Origin: Wolbachia endosymbiont strain TRS of Brugia malayi
GTDB lineage: Bacteria; Pseudomonadota; Alphaproteobacteria; Rickettsiales; Anaplasmataceae
Length of the DNA stretch: 32,000 bases
Direction: 5' to 3'
Assembly: GCF_000008385.1 (NCBI RefSeq)
Contig: NC_006833.1
Location: 270,001-302,000, forward strand
Position numbers and translations under genes: made by a program. Numbering within the stretch: the stretch's first letter is position 1; the number at the start of each line of letters is the position of its first letter. The notes under the pieces were generated by a model that was not told the DNA's origin, made no database searches, and saw only the letters and a program-made list of their open reading frames with translations. Below, one piece after another: positions 9,390 to 17,110 of the stretch.

Positions 9390-10846
9390 TAACCGTTCAC
9401 GGAGATAAGGGATTTACAAAGTGATTGTAAAAGTGTAAAGACATGAGAAGCTAAGTATAGAGTGGGTATGATAACAGGGCTGCAGAAAAGATTGTGGCGT
9501 ACAAATCAAAAAACGCTAATCTCAAAGAAGAAATAAAGGCTCTGATTATAGAAAATGATGGCTTAAAAGCAAAAATAATTGAGCTAGAAGATAAACTGGG
9601 TCTGAACTCAAAAAGTTCATCTCTACCACCATCGCAAGATATATATCGCAAAAAAACAAAAAAGAAAAGTGATAAAAAACCAGGAGGTCAGCCAGGGCAT
9701 AAGGTATATAAGTGAGATTTGATGGTAGCAAATATAGTAGTAGACTATACAATTTTATCAGGTTTGTGTGTGTGGAAATAAGGTTGTTTTAGAAGATGAA
9801 ATTGTCCATTAAAAGGTAGAATTACCAGAAATCAAACCAATCGTAACTGAGTACAGGTTGCAAAGAAACTATTACAGAGCTTGTGATAGGAAGGGTTCAG
9901 CTAGTTTAACCATGGGGGTTTCAAGAGGTCCTCTAGGGTTCAATGCTAAAACAACAATTAGCAGCCTAAGTGGCTTTTTTATTAACTCGAAAAGAAAAGT
10001 ACAACAAATTTTAAGCAGTATATTTAACCTCAATATAAGTCTTAGTTTAGTATCAAAGACTGAGCACAGAGTATCAAAAGATGCGCATCTGAATATGAGA
10101 AAATGAAGGAAGAATTGAAAGAAACCTGCATATAGATGAAACATAGCACAGAAATCAAGGAGAAAGAGGCTGGGTTGGGTAATAACAACAAAGCGCTCTG
10201 ACACTTCTAAAGATGACCGAGTCTCGTGGCAAGAAGGTGTTGCAAAGTTTACTGCCAGAATACAATGGCATAGTTGTAAGCAACAATACGCTGCGTACAA
10301 TTATTTTAGTTTGAAAATAGATAGATATGTTGGACACATTTGACAAGAGATTTTCAAAGATTTGCGTATAGTAAAAATATTGAAGTGAGCAAAATTGGCC
10401 AGGCGCTCAAGTCACTCAATAACAGAGTATTTGTGGTACAAAAGCAAAAAAATAAAATTTGGTAGATGATTTACGATTTTATCAACTAATGTAAAAATTT
10501 TGAAAAAGGGTAGAACATCTTTTGTGTAAAATGACTAGGGTTATAAATGGTACTCAAACTTTGAGGATGGCTGCCAAGATGTTAAGATCTGAGGATATGG
10601 AAGTTTTTACGAAAACTTGAAGTGATAGATACAACCAATAACCTTGCAGAACGGTAAATGAGGCGCTATGTAATCTATTGTAAGAACAGCTTTTTCACTT
10701 GGTCAGAACGTGGAGAAAGATTCATAAAGATGTTGTCGATATTTTAACTTCGCGTCTAAATGGCCAAAATTCCTTTCAAAAGTTACAGAATCTAGTAACT
10801 GTTACTGCTTAATTCTTTATTCATTTCCACAATTTGTAAACGGTTA
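9390..10846 (+). mobile_element. Degraded IS66-family insertion sequence (single-ORF, ISBst12-like size)
   Basis: The terminal inverted repeat is 'taaccgttcac' (9390-9400) versus the reverse complement of 'gtaaacggtta' (10836-10846), matching at 10 of 11 positions. The interior encodes IS66-type transposase fragments. Confidence 0.75.
9494..10812 (+). pseudogene. IS66-family transposase, inactivated by multiple frameshifts and in-frame stops
   Basis: The N-terminal leucine-zipper piece is 'LKEEIKALIIENDGLKAKIIELEDKLGLNSKSSSLPPSQD...KKPGGQPGHKV'. Later fragments lie in other frames: 'LHIDETxHRNQGEKGWVWV', 'DTTNNLAER' and 'KNSFFTWSERGERF'. These are all typical IS66 DDE transposase blocks. Confidence 0.8.
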
Positions 10847-10892
10847 CTTTTTCTTAAATATTTATAGCTGGAGCAATTTAGGGGCAAACGAA

Positions 10893-10935
10893 AACGGTAT
10901 TACTCCAGCGTGTAACGCTGTAATCCAGACTGAAT
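10893..10935. repeat. Partial copy of the short palindromic repeat family
   Basis: 'ggtattactccagcgtgtaacgctgtaatccagactg' resembles the 'gtcat(t/c)ccagtg...gacactgg(a/g)atccag' family. It lies between the IS right end and the dapA stop. Confidence 0.45.
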
Positions 10936-10942
10936 TCCATGA

Positions 10943-11851
10943 TCAAACCATAGGGTGATAAAAATAATTAACTTTTTCCAAATTTAAAATTATTTCGGTT
11001 GCTTTTTTTATCTCATCAACAGAAGGCAAGTCTTGTGTACTGAGTGGTAAGCGGACAGTTCTGTGTTCTATAAGTCCAATGCCATGTAGCAGTGCTTTAG
11101 TAGGTATTGGATTGCTAGCAATAAATAGAGCTTTACAAGCTTGTTGCCAGACATCTGCGTGAAAGCTCTTGCCATTGAGGCACTGCTTAACATATTCATG
11201 CGCTACATGTGGCCAGGCATTAGAAGCAACAGAAACTAGGCCTGCTGTACCGTAGGCAGCCATGTCATGTATCATATTGTCATCTCCACAAAAAACCTCG
11301 ACATTTGGTGCAACTTTTTTATACTCAATTAAAGTATCAACGGTTCCACTTGAATCTTTAATAGCCCAAAATCTTTCATGGCTAGATAAGTTGTATACAG
11401 TTTCAACATGAAGGCTTACTCCTGCTCTTGACGGAATGTTATAAAACATAGCCGGCACATGAGCTTTTTCAAGTAGCTTTTCGAACCATAAAGTTTGCCC
11501 CATAACACCAGGCTTTGTGTAAATGGGAGTTGTCATTAGATAGCCATGAATAGGTATATCCTTGCAAAAGTTAAGCCACTCAAGAGTTTGATATAAATTT
11601 ACTCCCGGCACACCAATTATAATTTTCATGTTTAATTTCAGCTTACATGCAAATTCAACTAACGTACGTTTTTCAGAATCAGTAAGCGATAGACTTTCAC
11701 CTGTACTACCTAGCAACACTACGCCATTTTCAGCTTTGGCTTGCATTGTCAGTAAGTGCTGCAAACTGCAATAATCTATACTACCTCCGTTGTAATTAAA
11801 GGGAGTGACGCAAGCAGTCCATAAAAATGTAGATGATGATTTCAATTGCAA
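10943..11851 (-). CDS. dapA: 4-hydroxy-tetrahydrodipicolinate synthase
   Basis: 302-aa ORF with DapA-type 'VVLLGSTGESLSLTDSEKRTLVEF', an 'FYNIPSRAG' region and 'AIKDSSG' (the active-site Lys context). It starts 3 nt after the ssb stop. Confidence 0.9.
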   Translation of the reverse strand: MQLKSSSTFLWTACVTPFNYNGGSIDYCSLQHLLTMQAKAENGVVLLGSTGESLSLTDSEKRTLVEFACKLKLNMKIIIGVPGVNLYQTLEWLNFCKDIPIHGYLMTTPIYTKPGVMGQTLWFEKLLEKAHVPAMFYNIPSRAGVSLHVETVYNLSSHERFWAIKDSSGTVDTLIEYKKVAPNVEVFCGDDNMIHDMAAYGTAGLVSVASNAWPHVAHEYVKQCLNGKSFHADVWQQACKALFIASNPIPTKALLHGIGLIEHRTVRLPLSTQDLPSVDEIKKATEIILNLEKVNYFYHPMV

Positions 11852-11854
11852 TTA

Positions 11855-12337
11855 TTAAAATGGTATTTCATCGTCGATTAGCTCTTCTTTTACCTCACTA
11901 TCAAAATTTTCATACTGATCTTTTTGCCCTGTTTCGTCTTGCTTGTATTCATTTGATTTGTAGTCAGAGCTTGCTGCGTTATTTCGTGAGTCCAAAAGTG
12001 TAAGGGTACCATTAAAATTCTGTAGCACTACTTCTGTTGTATATCTTTCACTACCATTTTGGTCAGTCCACTTTCTAGTTTTCAAAGAGCCTTCAATATA
12101 GACTTTACTGCCTTTGCGTACAAAATCTTTTACAACTTTTACTAATCCTTCACTAAAAATTACGATATTATGCCATTCTGTCTTTTCAGAGCGCACACCG
12201 GAAAATTTATCAGTCCAGCCTTCAGATGTAGCTATTGAAAAATTCGCCATTTCTTTTCCATTTTGCATAGTTCTAATTTCAGGATTCCTCCCTAAATTAC
12301 CAACTAATATGACTTTATTTACAGTACCATTTGACAT
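11855..12337 (-). CDS. ssb: single-stranded DNA-binding protein
   Basis: The OB-fold N-terminus is 'NKVILVGNLGRNPEIRTMQNGKEMANFSIATSE...TEWHNIV'. The acidic C-terminal tip ends 'DDEIPF'. Confidence 0.95.
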   Translation of the reverse strand: MSNGTVNKVILVGNLGRNPEIRTMQNGKEMANFSIATSEGWTDKFSGVRSEKTEWHNIVIFSEGLVKVVKDFVRKGSKVYIEGSLKTRKWTDQNGSERYTTEVVLQNFNGTLTLLDSRNNAASSDYKSNEYKQDETGQKDQYENFDSEVKEELIDDEIPF

Positions 12338-12708
12338 AATTGTGCTTTGAATAAACTCTTTACATTATCTTATGCAAAAATAGTATTGTCAAATTTAATA
12401 GAAAGTGCATTACACATTTTACATCTAAATTATCTAGCACTGAAGGTAAAATAAGACATTTTAAATGAGATCCAACTAGATCATCTAAAAGTGATAGACT
12501 TCAGGAGGAACGAGATACCGCTACTATGGAGCGAGTAATTGGAAAAGTTTTATGGATCGACAGAAAAAGCTGCTTAGAGAAGAGGTATGTGAGGCTAAGT
12601 CTTATTTTTACATGTAACCCTTGTATAATTTTTAGCATTGTATAAAGTGGTCGACAGCTACTGAAATGCAAATTGAAATATTAGCATAATATATCATGGG
12701 CAGATAAA

Positions 12709-13051
12709 GTGGATTTTAACCAACATGTGGAAGCTAATGCTTTAAAAGTATTAGATACTACGGTCAATATAAGCAAGCTAGTAAGTTTTTTACAAAGTAA
12801 CAAGCACATTGTAAAACTTAGTTTAAAATATGTAAGAATTGATGATGAAGATGCAAAAGAGTTAGCTAAGCTAACACATCTTGCTGCACTTGATCTAAGT
12901 ATGAACAGAATTGGTTACAAAAGGAATAGAGGCTTTAGCTAATAGTAATCTCACACATCTTATTTCACTTGATTTACAGTATAACAATATTGGTGACAAG
13001 TTAGCTAGTAAAGCTATCCTTACTTCATTGGGAAAAAACATAATAAAGTAA
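12709..13051 (+). pseudogene. RI-type leucine-rich-repeat (LRR) protein, frameshifted remnant
   Basis: The ORF 12709-12942 ends '...LTHLAALDLSMNRIGYKRNRGFS*'. Shifting +1 at about 12918 gives 'KGIEALANSNLTHLISLDLQYNNIGDKLASKAI...K*', with the stop at 13049-13051. The pattern 'LxxLDLxxNxIGxxGxxALA' is ribonuclease-inhibitor-like LRR. A further LRR-like scrap, 'LNEIQLDHLKVIDFRRNEI', lies at about 12462-12520. Confidence 0.65.
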
Positions 13052-13362
13052 AGAGAAACAGAAGAGAGGCATACCGGAGGCAATTAGATTAAGAGAAGAA
13101 AACCATCCAGGTAGTAAGTTGGGTGAGATACAGCTAATATCGCGTAACCAGTCACTGAGCCCTTCATGTTCTGACGATAGTGCAGGGTTACTAGACCGTT
13201 AATCTGGCAGTTTTGCTGCATAGTCACCTGTTATGTAGAGACTGGATATTAAAAGTAAAAAACGCATGGTAGTGTGCTGCAGGTATGATATGTGTAAACT
13301 ACGCCTCATGAGTGGCTCAGGCGTTTTATGAAGATAGACTTTTTTCTTGATCAAGTCGTTAA

Positions 13363-13436
13363 TGCGCTTGGAGGGATTTGAACCCGCGGCCTTTGCCTCC
13401 GGAGGGCAACGCTCTATCCAGCTGAGCTACAAGCGC
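13363..13436 (-). tRNA. tRNA-Arg (anticodon CCG)
   Basis: The reverse complement folds by hand as GCGCTTG TA GCTC AGCTGGATA GAGC G TTGCC CTCCGGA GGCAA AGGCC GCGGG TTCAAAT CCCTC CAAGCGC A. It forms a cloverleaf with a 7-bp acceptor stem and one C-U mismatch in the T stem. The anticodon loop is CU-CCG-GA. CCA is not encoded. Confidence 0.9.
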
Positions 13437-13448
13437 ACATCTGTTAAA

Positions 13449-14264
13449 TTATTTAATAGATAAGCTATCTAAGTCAAATTTTTGCTTCGGATAAAGTGTA
13501 AACATAATATTCCCATACCCAAAGTATACATTTTTGGAATCATTAGGTTGTTTTTTTGTCATTTTTTGATTTACAGTCCACACAAAAGTTACATAATTTT
13601 CAGTTACTGAATAGACTTTTAGATTCTTAGTGTTCGTAAATAATTTTCTATTTACCCATATTTTCCATGTGTCGGGGGAAAGGTATAAAATTGAATCTAA
13701 GCTTACTACCTTACTGTTAAAATTATCTAATATCTCCTCTTTTGCAGCTCTTGAAGATCGTAGGTTAAATTTTTTCATTTCACTGACCATTTTATTGACT
13801 GATTCCTTGTCAAAGAAAATGCTTTTTATATCATTGTATTGTGATAAGACGTCAAAGTTACTTTCCACTGCTTCCTTTATTATATAGTCACGATTTGTGT
13901 AGCTTGTCTTTTGATTACTTATAAAAAAACATTCCTTTGCACGCAGGTTTGCTATATCAATAAAATCATTGATTTCTTGATTGCCAACTTTGAAAATGCT
14001 TTCAAGATATTTTTTCTCCATCATCATCCCATACTTAGAATGGTGGCAAACCATCTCATCATTATCTTGTTTTTCTATATATACACATAAATCTTTGCTG
14101 CTTAGTCCTAGTATTTTATGCTCGATAAAGTCTTCATTACCAATATATTGTTGACAAGTATATTCTTTACAAATTTCTATACTTTCTATAATATCCTCAC
14201 AACTGCAATATGTACTAGCGTCGAAGAACAGTAGAGTGAAAATAAAAAACAGCTTTATTTTCAT
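13449..14264 (-). CDS. Hypothetical secreted/periplasmic protein (third gene of three-gene operon); possible PilP/GspC-HR-like C-terminal domain
   Basis: 271 aa with a signal-like N-terminus 'MKIKLFFIFTLLFFDAS' followed by a Cys-rich stretch. The C-terminal 'LDSILYLSPDTWKIWVNRKLFTNTKNLKVYSVTENYVTFVW' resembles the beta-rich PilP/MshK/GspC-HR pattern. It begins 4 nt after the upstream gene. Confidence 0.7.
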   Translation of the reverse strand: MKIKLFFIFTLLFFDASTYCSCEDIIESIEICKEYTCQQYIGNEDFIEHKILGLSSKDLCVYIEKQDNDEMVCHHSKYGMMMEKKYLESIFKVGNQEINDFIDIANLRAKECFFISNQKTSYTNRDYIIKEAVESNFDVLSQYNDIKSIFFDKESVNKMVSEMKKFNLRSSRAAKEEILDNFNSKVVSLDSILYLSPDTWKIWVNRKLFTNTKNLKVYSVTENYVTFVWTVNQKMTKKQPNDSKNVYFGYGNIMFTLYPKQKFDLDSLSIK

Positions 14265-14268
14265 TATT

Positions 14269-14877
14269 TCATCTACTTAGTATAGTATACCAGTCAAAGA
14301 CTATGTTAGCTCTTACTGTTTCTATCATATTACCATTTAAAATCTGATTCATAGTTGCAGTATCAATATTTCTCTCTTTGTTCAAGATAAGAGATTTGAT
14401 CATAACATAACCAGGCAGACTTGGAACGGATTGTAGAAATAAAAAAATGTGCTTATCACTAATTGAACTTAAATTTAGGGTTACTTCACTTTTTATCACT
14501 TTTGTGTGTTCACTTTTGTTGTATAGTTCAATTTCTTCAGGTATGGAAATTGATATTTCAGGTTCTAATATGCAGTACTTTTTATATAACTTGCCAAGCT
14601 CAAAATTTAAATTTGTAATGTATCTGCTGCTGTGTAAATTTGAAGAGGAAATTTTTTGCCATAAATCTAGGTTTTTATCTAAAACAACTTCCTTTTTTTG
14701 AACATCAGTAATTTGTAAATTAATAGAGTGTATTTCATTAATAGCACTCTGATTTTTATTATAGACCTTTCTGTTATAAATAACAGCGTACATTAGTAAT
14801 CCTATTAGTCCAATAGATAATAACAGATATAATATAAGCTGAATTGCAACTCTTCTTTTTAACTGAGAAACGTTCAC
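14269..14877 (-). CDS. Hypothetical bitopic membrane protein (second gene); PilO/GspM-like topology
   Basis: 202 aa with one N-terminal TM, 'VAIQLILYLLLSIGLIGLLMYAVIY', followed by a coiled-coil-like stretch. The C-terminal 'EVTLNLSSISDKHIFLFLQSVPSLPGYVMIKSLIL...VRANIVFDWYT' resembles the PilN/PilO/GspM ferredoxin-like core pattern. Confidence 0.7.
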   Translation of the reverse strand: MNVSQLKRRVAIQLILYLLLSIGLIGLLMYAVIYNRKVYNKNQSAINEIHSINLQITDVQKKEVVLDKNLDLWQKISSSNLHSSRYITNLNFELGKLYKKYCILEPEISISIPEEIELYNKSEHTKVIKSEVTLNLSSISDKHIFLFLQSVPSLPGYVMIKSLILNKERNIDTATMNQILNGNMIETVRANIVFDWYTILSR

Positions 14878-14881
14878 TAGC

Positions 14882-16321
14882 TTACATAGCCTCTCCTATT
14901 TTAACATTAATAGGTATATTTTCCTCTTCAGTAGCAGGCAAGCTAGAAATACTAATATCATAGGTGCGAAAATTATTGTTCAATTTTTTTTGTAATTCCT
15001 TATACTGATAGGAAACATTTTTACCAGGCTGAAAATTAAACCTTAAAGTTGTGGTGATGTAATTTTTCGCCTCATTATAATTCCACTCAAACGATTGAAG
15101 CTCTACATCTGGTACTTTCAATTTTTCTACATATTTAACCTGTGTAAGGGGGGAATATTCCATCTTCAGTAGAATATTATTGATATTAATGAAATCGTAA
15201 ACTTCATCTATTTTTTTTACGTTGTAGCTCTGGCTTAGCTTTGCTAATTGCTTATCTAAAGCTTCCTTTTTTGCTGATAGATTATCGGCAACATTAAAAT
15301 TTGAATGCAAATTTAGCAAACAAAGAATGTTGATTGTAATTAAAATTGAAGTGAAATATAGAAAAATTCGAGGAGAGTTCAGATGGAAGTAATTTAACAA
15401 ATAAAATTCTTTAGTTTCTTTTGTGTAAAAAACAGCTATTGGCTTATTCTTAAAACTATGAAATAAGATTATGGTATCACAGAAGCTATCTTTTTCACTG
15501 ACAGCTAATTCTGACCCTAATAATCTGCCTAACTCATGTGGGGTTAATATGTTCACGCTATTCTCTGAAAAATTTATAACTGATAAGCTAGTCTTAATAT
15601 CTTCTTGTACTACCATGCAAAGATCGATTGGGTCGTTTCTTTTGAAACCAAACTTAGTTAAGGACCGAATGGTATTTTGCACTTCCTGATATATTCCACC
15701 CGCAATAATTCCTGGTAAATTATCATTGGTAAATGGAACTAAGCGCGTAAATATCATTTTGTTTTCTTTAAAAACTACTTGTCTATAGCCTCCAGTTTTG
15801 GTTGCAACTACTATAATTTTCCAATTATTGAGATCATTATAAAAAACCTTTTTTGCTATGTTGTTTATTTCTATAGGAAACATTAATATTCCCTTAAAGT
15901 TAGAGCCTATTCCAATAAATACATTTAGCCAATATTCTACTAAACGCTTTGCTTTTGATGAAACAAGAAGGTAATACCAATTTTGGTTGAGTTTGTTTGG
16001 CTTTTCAACCAGAAGAACTGAGCTTATATCATTATTGCGAGTGAGGTGTTCCATCTTCGTTTTTGCCGATAGATAGGCGCTAATTCTATTTACTCTTGGA
16101 ATGAGCTGTAGCGAGTAATTTTGATCTGCATGGTTTAACACCAAGTATAAAGGTGCTTTTTTGTTGGATGAAAGACATGAATTTAAGTCGAACACTGCTT
16201 TGTCGTTTTTGTCCTTGACAAAATACCTTTTATTTAAGGTATTATTTTTGAAATACAGCAATATTGTGCCTTCTTCTCCAATAGAAAGCATGAACTTACT
16301 TTTGGGTTTTGAACTAAACAT
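14882..16321 (-). CDS. Hypothetical bitopic membrane protein (first gene); PilM+PilN fusion / GspL / MshI-like architecture
   Basis: 479 aa: a soluble N-domain of about 317 aa, a single TM ('IFLYFTSILITINILCLLNL', roughly aa 318-338), a short coiled coil, and a C-domain of about 140 aa. Strands 'FMLSIGEEGTILLYF' and 'IIVVATKTGGYRQVVF' resemble degenerate actin-like (ASKHA) phosphate-1/-2 motifs. Confidence 0.7.
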   Translation of the reverse strand: MFSSKPKSKFMLSIGEEGTILLYFKNNTLNKRYFVKDKNDKAVFDLNSCLSSNKKAPLYLVLNHADQNYSLQLIPRVNRISAYLSAKTKMEHLTRNNDISSVLLVEKPNKLNQNWYYLLVSSKAKRLVEYWLNVFIGIGSNFKGILMFPIEINNIAKKVFYNDLNNWKIIVVATKTGGYRQVVFKENKMIFTRLVPFTNDNLPGIIAGGIYQEVQNTIRSLTKFGFKRNDPIDLCMVVQEDIKTSLSVINFSENSVNILTPHELGRLLGSELAVSEKDSFCDTIILFHSFKNKPIAVFYTKETKEFYLLNYFHLNSPRIFLYFTSILITINILCLLNLHSNFNVADNLSAKKEALDKQLAKLSQSYNVKKIDEVYDFININNILLKMEYSPLTQVKYVEKLKVPDVELQSFEWNYNEAKNYITTTLRFNFQPGKNVSYQYKELQKKLNNNFRTYDISISSLPATEEENIPINVKIGEAM

Positions 16322-16498
16322 GTTAACAAAGCGTATATCTACCTAGAATTCAAAAAAACAATTTATTGAAATTCGTTAGACGTTATCAAGAAATATTGTT
16401 ATAGATTTCCACGGCAACATCATTTACATTATTATTTTTAATAAATTTATTATCAATGCTAATCTACTCATATAACAAAATTTATTCTACAATTTTGA

Positions 16499-16527
16499 TT
16501 GACATAAATTATTAGCACGGTTATTAT
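16499..16527 (+). promoter_or_regulatory. Near-consensus sigma70-type promoter (TTGACA-N17-TATTAT) in an ORF-free spacer, antisense to neighbouring genes
   Basis: The sequence is 'ttgaca taaattattagcacggt tattat'. It uses the same hexamers as the 9124 site. No plus-strand ORF follows it. Confidence 0.3.
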
Positions 16528-17110
16528 CAACATTGTATTAATGTATGAGGTAGAAAATTAGGCAATTCTAAGGTACTATTTCTATTAAGATATTCAATTA
16601 CTATTTTTCACTATGTGCATTTAACCTTGTAGCTAAGGTGTTTGCTTATCCTATATTTTTGGCAATTTTTAATGCTACTGGGTGCCAATGCTTTTTAAGG
16701 TAATTGCTTCTTTTCCTATAGTAGTTGCATTAAGTTCAGCAGTATATCTTTTCAAGTTAACTGTTTCTGCAATAAATGATAAGAAGAAATAGATCTTAAT
16801 GTCGTAGACGGCAGTGCAATAACTTTGGATAATGATGTCAGCACAAAAACGGAAACAATAACTTCTTAAGCACTGCTGGTAACCAACTCCTCCTCCATTA
16901 TTGCCATCTCCTACAGCTGCACCACCTTCACCTCCTCTACTAGTCGAAGTAAAAATGGACTGTTACCTAGTGGATAGTAAAGTAAAAAGCCCACCCCTCT
17001 TGACCAAGGTTTTTAAGAGACACAAGAAGGCAAGAAGAACAAAAAACATCTGAACGCATTAGTAAATAAATGGACTGTAAGATAAAGGGAAGTAACAAAC
17101 ACTGCTTTTA

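Noticed and set aside
9872-10300. 142-aa minus-strand ORF, plus the smaller ones at 9451-9752 and 10155-10346
   Set aside because: They lie antisense to the IS66-type transposase remnants, and the plus-strand fragments carry the recognisable transposase blocks.
13052-13362. Possible tmRNA piece, SRP RNA, RNase P RNA or group II intron fragment
   Set aside because: I could not find the conserved cores: no tRNA-like 'GGTTCGA...CCA' end, no SRP 'GGAA/AGCAGCC'-type motif, no RNase P 'GAGGAAAGTCC', and no domain V-like hairpin. It is left only as an unassigned GC-rich segment.
16361-16389. Candidate promoter for the three-gene operon (TTGATA-N17-ATAAAT on the minus strand)
   Set aside because: The -10 element matches the consensus at only 3-4 of 6 positions depending on spacing. 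It cannot be distinguished from background in AT-rich DNA.
16675-16962. Glycine-rich stretch 'GGEGGAAVGDGNNGGGVG' considered as an RTX (GGxGxD) T1SS substrate repeat
   Set aside because: It has only one irregular Gly-rich patch, with no tandem nonapeptides and no start codon. This is insufficient to call an RTX protein, so it is kept only as a remark in the spacer finding.
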